From a virus, in the IMG/VR virus record IMGVR_UViG_3300048924_000031, positions 1 to 48,691 of that record: DNA of 48,691 nt; one strand, given 5' to 3'. The translations under genes were made by a program, and so were the position numbers. The notes under the pieces were generated by a model, which saw only the letters and a program-made list of their open reading frames with translations, did no database searches and was not told the origin of the DNA. This document shows positions 16,714-25,586 of this stretch, piece after piece (position 1 is the stretch's first letter; every line of letters starts with the position of its first letter).

Positions 16714-18000
16714 CTACAACACCTCTCTGTTTTCCATAAACCTGAACCTCATCACTCCTGACGGCGGACCAGCTATACCCATATAGGCGGATAAACGGAA
16801 ACGGTGATCAGTCAGCCCTGAAATGGCCGTGAATGGAGGAGTACGCATCCGACCCTTGCGCGCACTTTCCGTCACGAGCTGAGTGGAATACCTATTGTTA
16901 TCCCAATTCAGCGCGGCGCTAGTTCCAGCCTCCTGCATGCCTAACTGTATAGACAAGATATTTTGTATATTAGCGTCATACTCATATTCGATAACTCCTT
17001 CGTAAGTCTTGCCTACGACTAATTGCGCGTGCAGACCAATCTGACGAAGGATATCTACTGCGGCGTTAGCTGTAGCAGTAGTTCCGCCAATAACGACTTG
17101 GCACCATCTTCCTGTAGCAGTAGTGACTTCCTGATACGTGAGTGTTGTTCCTGTGGTTCCGCTGGCTTTGGTGCTCGTGTAGCCCGTCGGCAAAGTAGAG
17201 CTTGCAGTAGTAGAAGCACCAGCAATCTCAACGTTAGTATTAATCGAGCTAGATGTAGTGGCAGCCGGCATGCCTGCCGCGCCATTTGGATAGAGGCTTT
17301 TAAGTAGCGCCCCATCTGCCGGCCCCGTAACCTCCTGAACGAACAAGTTGCCAGGATGCTTCCCGTCTTGCGGTGAGTACTTGTCGATCAGATCGAACGT
17401 AGTACTGGATTTCAACAACTGCGCGAACACATCTACAACGTAGCAACCAACACCCGGAAGCTCGGCTTTAATTCGAGCATTTCGCTCAAGCATTGCCGCG
17501 GGGTTGGCGGGCCTGCTCGCTGGAAAAGCATCGTTTCCGCAAGGCGTTATGGTATGAAAGATGATCACTGTCTTAGCTGCTAATGCCTTCGCCTTCCAAA
17601 CCTTCATTTCTGCCAAGGTTTGCTCGACGGTTAGCGCATCATCATTAATACCGTTCCATGCATATACCACGCCACCTAGTGCAGCCGCGATAGCAGAATC
17701 AGCGCGCACACCTATCATTGTAGTGGTGTCGCCTCCGAAGCCGAACGCACCGTCAAAACCTAGGCGCCTAACTACCTGCCCGGAATCGTCAGCTGCACCA
17801 GTAGCTACCCCATAAGACCGATAACCATCAGAAGATGCGCCATGCTGCCCATTAGCTATGAAGGAGTGGCCTAGTTCTGCCATTTTGTTACTGGACGGCA
17901 TGCCATCCCAAATTGGTGGCATGACCCTTGAAATTGGAGCGTCACCCATATTTTGTGAGATGCGCCACCCGACACTTGTAGCTATTGGGGAGATAATCAT
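16714..18000 (-). CDS. SGNH/GDSL-type hydrolase fused to a C-terminal beta-sandwich-like domain (virion-module esterase)
   Basis: SGNH blocks in order: GHSFIANG (I), FGFGGDT (II), WNGINDD (III), DGKHP (V). ATG 18000 is chosen because it starts 1 nt after the upstream stop. Confidence 0.65.
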   Translation of the reverse strand: MIISPIATSVGWRISQNMGDAPISRVMPPIWDGMPSSNKMAELGHSFIANGQHGASSDGYRSYGVATGAADDSGQVVRRLGFDGAFGFGGDTTTMIGVRADSAIAAALGGVVYAWNGINDDALTVEQTLAEMKVWKAKALAAKTVIIFHTITPCGNDAFPASRPANPAAMLERNARIKAELPGVGCYVVDVFAQLLKSSTTFDLIDKYSPQDGKHPGNLFVQEVTGPADGALLKSLYPNGAAGMPAATTSSSINTNVEIAGASTTASSTLPTGYTSTKASGTTGTTLTYQEVTTATGRWCQVVIGGTTATANAAVDILRQIGLHAQLVVGKTYEGVIEYEYDANIQNILSIQLGMQEAGTSAALNWDNNRYSTQLVTESARKGRMRTPPFTAISGLTDHRFRLSAYMGIAGPPSGVMRFRFMENREVL

Positions 18001-18001
18001 T

Positions 18002-18283
18002 TCAACCCCTGAATGCACCAACAGCGCCCGATACACGGCGAACTCGGTAGGTTCCAATTCCGCTAAGTACGCAAGCAACGTACTCGCCAATTAGCGAGTA
18101 CACATCCCAGTATGCGCCAGCATCATCTTTAAGCTGGATCGCAATACTGTCACCGCTAGCAATACTTGGCGCGCTTGCGTCTTTGCGACAAATCGTTGCG
18201 GTTTCGCCAGCGGCCAATGTGAAGTCGGCAGAGTTAGCAGCTCCAGACGCAATAGGTAGAAGTTCTGTAGCCATTGAATTCAA
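18002..18283 (-). CDS. Hypothetical structural-module protein, 93 aa
   Basis: ORF in the neck module. Confidence 0.55.
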   Translation of the reverse strand: MNSMATELLPIASGAANSADFTLAAGETATICRKDASAPSIASGDSIAIQLKDDAGAYWDVYSLIGEYVACVLSGIGTYRVRRVSGAVGAFRG

Positions 18284-18308
18284 CTCCGATAATTTCTAAT
18301 CATGTATT

Positions 18309-18653
18309 TTACACTGTTTCCAAATCGTACTCGTCTTCATACCCCATAGCTGACATACCATGACGAGCGACTTTGCGAATCTCTGCGGCCTGTACTGCAT
18401 CCCATGTCTGCGCGGTAGTGTCGCCGTATGCGATACGGTCTAGGAACGCTGGACGAGTGTCGCCGGTGTAATAGATGTCACGCGTTACGAACTCAGCGCC
18501 TTCCTGGTCGCGTGATTGCCGTGATACGCCTTCATGACCGCATAGGATGGTGTATGGGGTTCCGTATGTGACGCCGCCGCCCCAGTCTCCTTCTGCGAGC
18601 CTTGGGTACACGGTTGCGGTGTCGATCATGTACCACGCGGACATGAATGCCAT
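18309..18653 (-). CDS. Head-tail adaptor-like protein, 114 aa
   Basis: ATG 18653 shares one base with the upstream stop (TAATG). Assigned by position. Confidence 0.5.
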   Translation of the reverse strand: MAFMSAWYMIDTATVYPRLAEGDWGGGVTYGTPYTILCGHEGVSRQSRDQEGAEFVTRDIYYTGDTRPAFLDRIAYGDTTAQTWDAVQAAEIRKVARHGMSAMGYEDEYDLETV

Positions 18654-19042
18654 TAGCAGCACTTCCCGCCAGTAGAAACCCACAGGCCGGCAGATGCGCC
18701 AGGCTCGGTAGGGATTACCGAAGCTGTGCAACCAGAAGTATCCAGCGTACCAAGAAGAGAGCGCAGAGAGCGATAACGGTCAACGAAAGAACCCCAACGA
18801 AAAGACTGAGAAGCGCCAGACGGAGCAGTCTGCGAACTGATTTGACGATCCACGTTGACATAGCCAGTCAATCCAAGGAGGTACAGGTAGATAAGGGTCT
18901 GCGTAGCTTCTGGATAGCCCGCACCATCCAGACATGGCTGAATGACTTCTACGGAATCAATCCAAAGTTGCAGGATAAAGTCTGGCGGAACTGGAATCCC
19001 ATACGCCAAGAAGTAGGCCTTAATTTGCTCGATACTGGGCAT
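18653..19042 (-). CDS. Head-tail connector (gp6-like) protein
   Basis: Position and size; start coupled to the upstream gene. Confidence 0.5.
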   Translation of the reverse strand: MPSIEQIKAYFLAYGIPVPPDFILQLWIDSVEVIQPCLDGAGYPEATQTLIYLYLLGLTGYVNVDRQISSQTAPSGASQSFRWGSFVDRYRSLRSLLGTLDTSGCTASVIPTEPGASAGLWVSTGGKCC

Positions 19043-19341
19043 CAGCGATCCTTAATCTTCAAGTAAATAGACCGTACAGCCGTGCGACCTTCTGCTGTGG
19101 TGATTGAGCAGGTCACAACAGCCGTGCTGCCAGCCACGCCGCCAGACACCCAAGCAGTAGCGGAAGTAGTGGTATGGCTAGACGAATCAACCACAACGCC
19201 AACAGGTTCAAACTGCATAGACAGAATTGTGTCGGTAATGTCAGCCAGGTACGCAGACCAATCAAACGTGTAATCAAGAACCTCTTCAGGATCTTTTACA
19301 ATCGTTGGCTTATCCGGGCCTCCAGTGTATGTCTCTGTCAT
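19042..19341 (-). CDS. Hypothetical virion-module protein, 99 aa
   Basis: ORF start/stop coupled on both sides. Confidence 0.55.
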   Translation of the reverse strand: MTETYTGGPDKPTIVKDPEEVLDYTFDWSAYLADITDTILSMQFEPVGVVVDSSSHTTTSATAWVSGGVAGSTAVVTCSITTAEGRTAVRSIYLKIKDR

Positions 19342-20846
19342 TCTGCGATGTTCCTATTCTGAGGCTCTGGAGTAACCGATCTGTTTTGCGCTTCGATTGA
19401 GGCTAATCTTGATTGGGCTATCAGCGAAATAATACGCTGCTGACTCTGCTGATACGCCGTGCGGCCCTGGCTTTGAATGCCTAAATAAACCCGCGATTCA
19501 GCACCAATAAACAATGTTCGTTCTAGTGACGGATCGAATACTCCGCCGACAGAAACCGATGCGCTCATTATATCAGCAGCGACTACTGCTTCAGATTCAG
19601 CGGATATTGCCGTAGCTGATTCGGATGCTGCGGAATCGTCTAGTTCTTGGTTTGCAGATTCAGCAGATATGCCGACAGTGCCGAATGATGCGGATGTGTC
19701 GCCAATGAGAGCGACGGACAGTGCCGCGCCAATTGAACTAGATGCTGACCCAGACGCCTGATCGTTAGCCAGTTGCATTGAAGATGATGCAGACACTAGC
19801 GCCACACCAGCAGACGACGCGCTATCAGCCTGCATGGTGAGCGATAACGAAGCGGATACACCATCTTGCAGCTGAGCGCTTACCGTATCTCCAGCGTTAA
19901 CCATAGAAGACGTGGCGACTACGGATGCCTGAGCCTGAGCAGAAATCCCATCATCCTGGAGCGTAACAGCTAGATTCGCAGAGATATCTGTAGCAGCAAC
20001 GCCTGCCAAGCTAGATAGCGTATCGCCTTGCAGTGTTGCCGATGACGATCCGGATATAGCAGCTACGGACTGAGCCGAAGTAGTGTCATTCTGAGCAGTC
20101 ACTGCCAGCTGAGCAGATACTTCGGCAGTAGCGCCTGCTGAAGTAGTATCGTTCGCCAGAGTTACAGCTAAAGTCGCATTAACTCCACTAGACGGAGTGC
20201 CAAACGTCAGCGTGTCAGCGCTAAAGTTTAGGAATGACGCATGGTTCGTGACGACGGTGTTAACCGTTGCTGTCTCGGTCGTACCGTTCGCCCATACGTC
20301 GGCTGTATAACTAGTAGCGGCTGCCTGCGTGTGAAACTGCCAGATCTCGCAGACGATTACATCGCCAGCAAGCGCACTAACGGTGCTGGTTGAGGACGTA
20401 GACGCGCTGTTAGACCGCTCAGAGTTCGCCGTAGTAGGTTCGGCTGAGCCAGTCATTGTCAGGCAATCGCAAATCGTCCCAACCCTTGCGCCTGTGGACG
20501 GGCGCCATACATAAACGTTGCAGCGCAGATCAGCGCCGAAGTTCATGCTTAGGTTGTTTTCACGGTTAGCAAGGTTGAGCGTGAGAGTCTGGCCTGCACC
20601 GCCAACACTCTGGTTTACGTCTAATGTATCTGACGCAAAGTAGCCGCAGAACGCCGTCTGCAAAGAGGTATTAGCAAGACTCGTACCGCTAAACGAACCC
20701 TGACCACCACCCTTTGTTCCACGCATAGTCAGCAGCGACGAAGCGCCGACCATAGACCAACTGGCAGTCTGCGAGGACTGCTCAGTTGTGGGGAAGGTTC
20801 CTGTTAGCCCATTAGCTGTCGATAACAGGTATAGCTTGGTAGCCAT
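19338..20846 (-). CDS. Repeat-containing structural-module protein (possible head fibre or decoration), 502 aa
   Basis: Globular N-terminal region of about 210 aa, then about ten degenerate 21-aa repeats, then a short (A/Q)(S/N)R-repeat tail. Confidence 0.7.
   Translation of the reverse strand: MATKLYLLSTANGLTGTFPTTEQSSQTASWSMVGASSLLTMRGTKGGGQGSFSGTSLANTSLQTAFCGYFASDTLDVNQSVGGAGQTLTLNLANRENNLSMNFGADLRCNVYVWRPSTGARVGTICDCLTMTGSAEPTTANSERSNSASTSSTSTVSALAGDVIVCEIWQFHTQAAATSYTADVWANGTTETATVNTVVTNHASFLNFSADTLTFGTPSSGVNATLAVTLANDTTSAGATAEVSAQLAVTAQNDTTSAQSVAAISGSSSATLQGDTLSSLAGVAATDISANLAVTLQDDGISAQAQASVVATSSMVNAGDTVSAQLQDGVSASLSLTMQADSASSAGVALVSASSSMQLANDQASGSASSSIGAALSVALIGDTSASFGTVGISAESANQELDDSAASESATAISAESEAVVAADIMSASVSVGGVFDPSLERTLFIGAESRVYLGIQSQGRTAYQQSQQRIISLIAQSRLASIEAQNRSVTPEPQNRNIAE
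19570..20205 (-). repeat. About ten degenerate tandem repeats of about 63 nt (21 aa; consensus roughly a-x-S-A-x-L-x-V-T-L-x-x-D-x-x-S-A)
   Basis: Periodicity read from the translation: GVNATLAVTLANDTTSAGAT / AEVSAQLAVTAQNDTTSAQSV / ... / AISAESEAVVAADIMSASVSV. Confidence 0.6.
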
Positions 20847-20848
20847 AC

Positions 20849-21253
20849 TTAAGCATTGCCGGTCGTCAGCGAGAAGGAGTTAACGGTTACGACTTGGGAA
20901 ACGGCAATACTGGTGTTGTCGAGGATCATGTCGCCGCCGCCACCGGTAATGGTTGCAGTGCCTTGCGCGTGGGTAGTGGTGCCGGCAGTGTCAACGATGC
21001 GGAAATAGCCAGCAGTGCCAGCAGCAGCGCCAGTGCCAGACCACGTACCAGACTTGGCCTTGACGCCAGCAGATGCAGCCGCCATCCAGTCAGAAGGCAG
21101 TGCCATCTCGACCAGCAGCGTGCCTGTAGCCGCCGCCGCGCAGTTAGCTGGAACCGTTCCAGTGTAGATCCGGAGCTTAGCCGAAGTGCCTGCCGTGCTT
21201 TCGAATGCATCAAGGCGTGCGTTGTTTACTGCTACTGAGTACTGGAGCGTCAT
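20849..21253 (-). CDS. Gly/Ala/Thr-rich structural-module protein, 134 aa
   Basis: ORF immediately upstream of the repeat protein. Confidence 0.6.
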   Translation of the reverse strand: MTLQYSVAVNNARLDAFESTAGTSAKLRIYTGTVPANCAAAATGTLLVEMALPSDWMAAASAGVKAKSGTWSGTGAAAGTAGYFRIVDTAGTTTHAQGTATITGGGGDMILDNTSIAVSQVVTVNSFSLTTGNA

Positions 21254-21296
21254 TTTCGTGGCCCGTAAATGGTTTTGACTATTTTAGCATTTTTGC

Positions 21297-21325
21297 TTGA
21301 CGCGGAATTCGGGCGGGTCTAGTCT
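21297..21325 (+). promoter_or_regulatory. Sigma70-type promoter TTGACG-17-TAGTCT, antisense to the structural operon
   Basis: Hexamers read directly. Shares TTGACGCG with the moron promoter at 14763. Confidence 0.5.
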
Positions 21326-21331
21326 CTGTTT

Positions 21332-21445
21332 AACGAACCCCGGCGAGTCCGGCCCATCAACCAACGGAGCAATCGACATGCTTACCGCCGCCCTGATTCT
21401 TCTGCTGCTGTTCTGAAACAAAGCCCTCCAAGTGAGGGCTTTTTT
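21332..21445 (+). ncRNA. Candidate transcript of about 115 nt carrying a 12-codon hydrophobic micro-ORF (21378..21416, MLTAALILLLLF)
   Basis: Promoter, GGAG 8 nt before the ATG, and an intrinsic terminator starting 4 nt after the stop. All lie in a 197-bp gap between minus-strand genes. Confidence 0.35.
21421..21445 (+). terminator. Intrinsic terminator (plus-strand polarity)
   Basis: Stem aagccctc/gagggctt, loop caagt, then TTTTT. Confidence 0.7.
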
Positions 21446-21449
21446 ACGC

Positions 21450-21641
21450 CTACGATTGATCTTTCGGAGGGCGACCGCGACGAGGGGTTGCTACTTCTAG
21501 CGTTTTCTCTCCTACAGATTCGACTTCCTTAGCCTTGTTGACCAATCCAGCCGGCAGATACTCATGCTTAACCCGCGTACCTACCTCAAGCTCCAAGCCA
21601 TCAGCAAACACGCCTTTCTCTGTAATCACAAACTCTTTCAT
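21450..21641 (-). CDS. Hypothetical protein, 63 aa, downstream of the capsid gene
   Basis: ORF with a basic C-terminus (PRRGRPPKDQS). Confidence 0.55.
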   Translation of the reverse strand: MKEFVITEKGVFADGLELEVGTRVKHEYLPAGLVNKAKEVESVGEKTLEVATPRRGRPPKDQS

Positions 21642-21652
21642 TTCGAAACCTC

Positions 21653-21680
21653 AATAAAAAAGGGGCCCGCTAAGGCCCCT
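21653..21680 (-). terminator. Intrinsic terminator directly after the major capsid gene
   Basis: The minus strand reads aggggcc-ttagcg-ggcccct followed by TTTTTTATT. Confidence 0.8.
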
Positions 21681-21696
21681 ATTCTAACCCAGCGGA

Positions 21697-22704
21697 TTAG
21701 CCTTTGGTGAACTGGGCATAGCCCGCGTTACCAGCATAATCGCGCTTGAACTGCGGCGCTACTGCGGTCATGATCTGGAAGCTGTACTCGTCGGTGAAGT
21801 TTTTACGTTCAATCGGCATGGTGGTTACAGGCATACCAGTCAGGATCTCAACAACGCGACGCTCTTTGACCACTGCCAGAATTTCGTTAGCAGGTACTGC
21901 GGTCGAAGGAACGATTGCCAGAACGCCAGGAATTGCCATTACGCGATTCAGGATAGTGTTCTGTGGAGCTGCGGTCACGTAGTCAGCTACCGACATAGCG
22001 AACCAGTCGCCATAGTTCAGGTAGATGGTAACGCCGCCGTAGAAGTTCTTAGCCTGGAGGCCTTGCAGAACTTTGGTGATTGCGGTTACCCACTGAGCGC
22101 CGGTAGCGGTTACCAGATCAACGTTACCAAACAAGCCGGTAGCACGACCAGGCGCAGTACGCAGACCGTAGACCTGAGCGCCGCTAACGTTGAACTTGGT
22201 GTCGCCGTTAACAACCAAATCCTCGAGTTTTTCGATGATGCGCCGATTACCGTTGTCACGAGTAGCGGCATCCAGATACTGCCAGCCACCATCTTGACGA
22301 GCGGCTTCAACATCGCGCCAGCCGAAGGTGAAGGTAGTGTCATAGATCGGCAGCGGAGTACCTTCGTAATCCAGTACTGGCGCATCTGCCTTGGCACGGC
22401 TGCGACCATCAAGCGAGCTGTTAACTTCGCCCGAGTCGGAGACCTTGGAGAAGTAGTTCAGAACCTTGCCAATTGGCACGTTCTTTTGCAGGCTGGACAA
22501 GTCGGTGAACACACCCAATGCAGCACGCTGCAAGGTGATCAAGTCTTGGTCATAGGTAGCCCATGCATCACGAGGGATGGTATAGGCGTTACCGATCAGC
22601 TCGCCTTCGCTTTCTTTTGCGAGACGTTCCTGGCGGGCGTTGTGAGCGCGGCGCTTGCCGATAACGGCCGCTTCCTGCTCTTTGTTAAAGGTCAAAATAG
22701 GCAT
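21697..22704 (-). CDS. Major capsid protein
   Basis: 335 aa, follows the scaffold/protease and decoration-like genes, and is followed by a strong terminator. Family not verified. Confidence 0.8.
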   Translation of the reverse strand: MPILTFNKEQEAAVIGKRRAHNARQERLAKESEGELIGNAYTIPRDAWATYDQDLITLQRAALGVFTDLSSLQKNVPIGKVLNYFSKVSDSGEVNSSLDGRSRAKADAPVLDYEGTPLPIYDTTFTFGWRDVEAARQDGGWQYLDAATRDNGNRRIIEKLEDLVVNGDTKFNVSGAQVYGLRTAPGRATGLFGNVDLVTATGAQWVTAITKVLQGLQAKNFYGGVTIYLNYGDWFAMSVADYVTAAPQNTILNRVMAIPGVLAIVPSTAVPANEILAVVKERRVVEILTGMPVTTMPIERKNFTDEYSFQIMTAVAPQFKRDYAGNAGYAQFTKG

Positions 22705-22710
22705 GTCTTA

Positions 22711-23142
22711 TTACACCACGTAGGAGTTAGCGAGGATGCGGACGTCACCGAGGCCGTTCGCAGCGATGGCGCGGGAAGCTGCCTCGTCGAATACGGCTAC
22801 AGCTACTTCACCGGTTGCGGCTGCCTTGAACTGACCGTTGACGATGCTCAGCATTGCGCCCGGTGCATAGGTGGCAGCAGCGAAGCGAACGTTGAACTCG
22901 TACTGCGGAACAGGCTTGAATGCCTCGCCAGTTTCGCCAGCAGGAACAGCGGTGTCCACGGTTTCGCCGATGTAGGCGCGGTTATGGGTGATGAAGAAGT
23001 CAACCTTAGAGGTTGCAGCCAACACGAACTGACCAGCAGTAATCGACACAGCCAAGCCGGGCAAGGTGGCAGCGGTGAACTTCAGAGTGCGCGAATCAGG
23101 CTGTGCAAGATGCACAGGACCACGCCAGATAACGTTAGCCAT
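22711..23142 (-). CDS. Head decoration / cement-like protein
   Basis: 143 aa, Ala/Gly/Val-rich beta-type sequence between the scaffold-protease and capsid genes. Function inferred from position. Confidence 0.5.
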   Translation of the reverse strand: MANVIWRGPVHLAQPDSRTLKFTAATLPGLAVSITAGQFVLAATSKVDFFITHNRAYIGETVDTAVPAGETGEAFKPVPQYEFNVRFAAATYAPGAMLSIVNGQFKAAATGEVAVAVFDEAASRAIAANGLGDVRILANSYVV

Positions 23143-24467
23143 TATTTGGCCTCCTGATCAGCTTGGTTCAAGCTATAGCCTTCGAACTCGTCTTTGGCGT
23201 TGGTTGCAACGGAGCCAGACAAGATGCCAGCAGCGGTTTGAACGCCAACATACATTGCGTCCAGAGCTTCACCGCTCAAGGCGTTTGCAACAACTTCGCC
23301 GTGAACTTTGGCGACTGCGGCACGCTTGTCTTTCAGGCCGGATTCAGCGGCTTCGTTCAGCTTTGCATTTACAGCAGTAAGCGCCTCGGCATTTTTAGCT
23401 TCAAGAGCTGCAAGCGCCGTATTGAATGCGCCCTGCAACTTATCGGCCTGCGCATCAAGCGCGGCTTGCAGTTCTTCAGGTTTCATATCGGGTGTTTCCT
23501 CGATCACATTAGCCACGACTGGCTGTTTAGTTTTGGTACTGAAATATTTTAGCACGCTTCGGACGTGCTCAATCATGGAGTTAGTTTTGACCTTGTACGA
23601 CGTTTCAACAGTTACTACTTTCGATTCGCCAGTGAGGATTGGGTTGTCACCCTCATAGTGATAGTCGATGGTGTAAGTGCCTTCTGGCGTTACGTAGATC
23701 AGTGCGCGATCATCAAAGTCTTGCACGTATGCGTAACTGTCCGATGTTGCGAATCGCTCCTTGACTGCCTCGCTCAAGATGGCAAGTTTCTCGCCATATG
23801 AGTCGTCTAGGGCGTCTTCGTTGGCTTCGTCGAGCTTCGAGTTGATAACCATCTCGCAGTTCACCGCAATAGCGATCTCATCACCGCCAGCGCCATTCTC
23901 GTGAAACAGGATAGCCAAGTGATCGTATGCCTGATTAGCCGCTCGCCATGTGTATTTCTTGCCGCGAGACTCGCCGTTAGCCTGGACTCGATTAGTCATC
24001 AAGCCGGTAGACATGTGAATAGGATCAGGCTTCTCTCCATTCTCTACCTTGCCAACCCAGTTAAGCAGCAGAACGCCGTCATCGTGGGCGTTGGCAACGC
24101 GCTCATTAATCATCACATCAACAAAGTAGTCTGAGCCTGCCTTGCGCACGTTCTGAGCGTGAACGCCACCGTAGTGCTTACCTAGCGCCACTGCTACATC
24201 AGCGCTGTCTAGCTGGCTAATAGCGACGTATTCGCCATTAACCTCTGGATGGCGGAATGGCATAAGCCGACCGTCCATCGACGGATAGCCTTTCTCGTTG
24301 TCTTCGGCGGCATACAAGCCACCATTGAGCACGACACCATCGGTCATCCATAGCACGTTCTTGATGATGGCGTATTTCTCGCCATCGATCTCAGTACGAT
24401 TAATGGTGACGGACGCCGCGTTGATCGCGGTAAGGATATTAACCCTTGTCTTTTTCATTAAATCCAT
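23142..24467 (-). CDS. Prohead protease / scaffolding fusion-like protein
   Basis: Position upstream of the capsid genes. The C-terminal third is an Ala/Lys/Glu coiled coil (EELQAALDAQADKLQGAFNTALAALEAKNAEALTAVNAKLNEAAE). Confidence 0.6.
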   Translation of the reverse strand: MDLMKKTRVNILTAINAASVTINRTEIDGEKYAIIKNVLWMTDGVVLNGGLYAAEDNEKGYPSMDGRLMPFRHPEVNGEYVAISQLDSADVAVALGKHYGGVHAQNVRKAGSDYFVDVMINERVANAHDDGVLLLNWVGKVENGEKPDPIHMSTGLMTNRVQANGESRGKKYTWRAANQAYDHLAILFHENGAGGDEIAIAVNCEMVINSKLDEANEDALDDSYGEKLAILSEAVKERFATSDSYAYVQDFDDRALIYVTPEGTYTIDYHYEGDNPILTGESKVVTVETSYKVKTNSMIEHVRSVLKYFSTKTKQPVVANVIEETPDMKPEELQAALDAQADKLQGAFNTALAALEAKNAEALTAVNAKLNEAAESGLKDKRAAVAKVHGEVVANALSGEALDAMYVGVQTAAGILSGSVATNAKDEFEGYSLNQADQEAK

Positions 24468-24529
24468 TCCTCTTCATTGGTGCAGCCTTCGCCTACACCG
24501 CTGATAAATCCTTCGTATTCTTCAAGCAT
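24458..24529 (-). CDS. Possible 23-codon upstream ORF coupled to the protease/scaffold start
   Basis: GGAGG 7 nt before ATG 24529. Its stop TAA (24458-24460) overlaps the ATG of Met4 of the next gene (TAATG). Confidence 0.25.
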   Translation of the reverse strand: MLEEYEGFISGVGEGCTNEEEWI

Positions 24530-24576
24530 ATGCAAGCCTCCAATAGATAGCCGTTATTCTATCACGCACAAAGAAA

Positions 24577-24600
24577 ACCCCGCCGAAGCAGGGTCTTTTG
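24577..24600 (-). terminator. Intrinsic terminator after ORF 24616..25494
   Basis: The minus strand reads accctgc-ttcg-gcggggt followed by TTTCTTTG (one mismatch in the stem). Confidence 0.6.
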
Positions 24601-24615
24601 TGTTGCGGTTATGGG

Positions 24616-25494
24616 TTATGGCCGGCGGATGAATGTCAGATTATCATTGTCGCTATCGTCGATATTGCAAGTGCTGTGCCCGCCACACTCATCGTAAACA
24701 ACGGCATAATTATCGTCAGCTTCTTGAACCTTATAAGTTCTGCCTGCTATGTACAGTGATGCATAATTGCTGTGCGTGCATTCAAGAGTATCGCCGGCTT
24801 TCCAGTTGCGCCAGTCAGTAGGGTCAGCATCAGTATCACTCGCCCTCACATCAGTAATCGGCTGAATCAATGAAAACCCTTCATCCGCAAGCCGCGTACG
24901 ATTCCGCTCAATCTCCCTCTCGCAGTCTTCGATGATTGCTTGGCAGTGGATGATGGTGTCGCGCCAAGCCAAGGGCCCAGCAATTTGATCAACGCTGATC
25001 TTGTAACTGATCGTGCCAATGTCCGTATGTTTCACCTCTACTTCCTCTGCTTGTGGCTGGCTGATGATTCGGTATGCCGTAATTGCTGGATCTGCCTCTC
25101 CCTTCCTCCATTCCCAAGAATCTGCGCGCACGCCATTGATAACTCGGCCATCTTTGAATCTAACGTCGATCATCACGTCATTCGCTACCGGCTGCTTACC
25201 ACCGCGATGCCGCTTCCACTCGCCACCCTTTTGACGGTCGCGCTCGGCTTGCCATTGGTCCTTGGTTACGATAGCGCTCTGATAGTCGCCTGACTGGCTA
25301 AGACTCATAACTAAAGCTGGGTTTTCAGGGTCGTCCAGATAGAAAGCACCTTTACCCCAAGCATTACCCTGCAATACAGGAGGGTATTCAACTGTACCGC
25401 CATTTATGGCGCCACCATAATCTTGCGTAATGCATTCTGCATCTTCAGGCCATTCCTTCAATTCTCGCGCTAAAATCTCTACCAACTTCGCCAT
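24616..25494 (-). CDS. Hypothetical protein, 292 aa
   Basis: ATG 25494 with GGAGGGG upstream. Contains a module (PVANDVMIDVRFKDG...ITAYRI) shared with ORF 36909..37421. Confidence 0.65.
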   Translation of the reverse strand: MAKLVEILARELKEWPEDAECITQDYGGAINGGTVEYPPVLQGNAWGKGAFYLDDPENPALVMSLSQSGDYQSAIVTKDQWQAERDRQKGGEWKRHRGGKQPVANDVMIDVRFKDGRVINGVRADSWEWRKGEADPAITAYRIISQPQAEEVEVKHTDIGTISYKISVDQIAGPLAWRDTIIHCQAIIEDCEREIERNRTRLADEGFSLIQPITDVRASDTDADPTDWRNWKAGDTLECTHSNYASLYIAGRTYKVQEADDNYAVVYDECGGHSTCNIDDSDNDNLTFIRRP

Positions 25495-25521
25495 TACAAC
25501 CCCTCCGTTTAATGTCAGCAA

Positions 25522-25550
25522 ACCTTAGCCTAAACCTCTCAATCCTGCAA
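25522..25550 (-). promoter_or_regulatory. Candidate promoter TTGCAG-17-TAAGGT for the leftward head-tail block
   Basis: Read on the minus strand in the 92-bp divergent gap. Confidence 0.35.
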
Positions 25551-25552
25551 GC

Positions 25553-25560
25553 TGTATAAT
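25553..25560 (+). promoter_or_regulatory. Candidate -10 element TG-TATAAT for the portal gene
   Basis: gctgTATAATgagg lies 27 nt upstream of the portal ATG. The -35 element is weak. Confidence 0.4.
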
Positions 25561-25586
25561 GAGGATAATTTACGAGGCCCTATTTT

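Noticed and set aside
22063-23157. A 364-codon plus-strand ORF opposite the major capsid and decoration genes.
   Set aside because: It is in exact codon register with two separate minus-strand genes and spans their intergenic gap. It has no RBS, and its product is low-complexity with no recognisable motif. This is a classic shadow ORF, which arises because TTA/CTA/TCA codons are rare in the highly expressed genes opposite. I kept it as an internal control for the intein antisense ORF.
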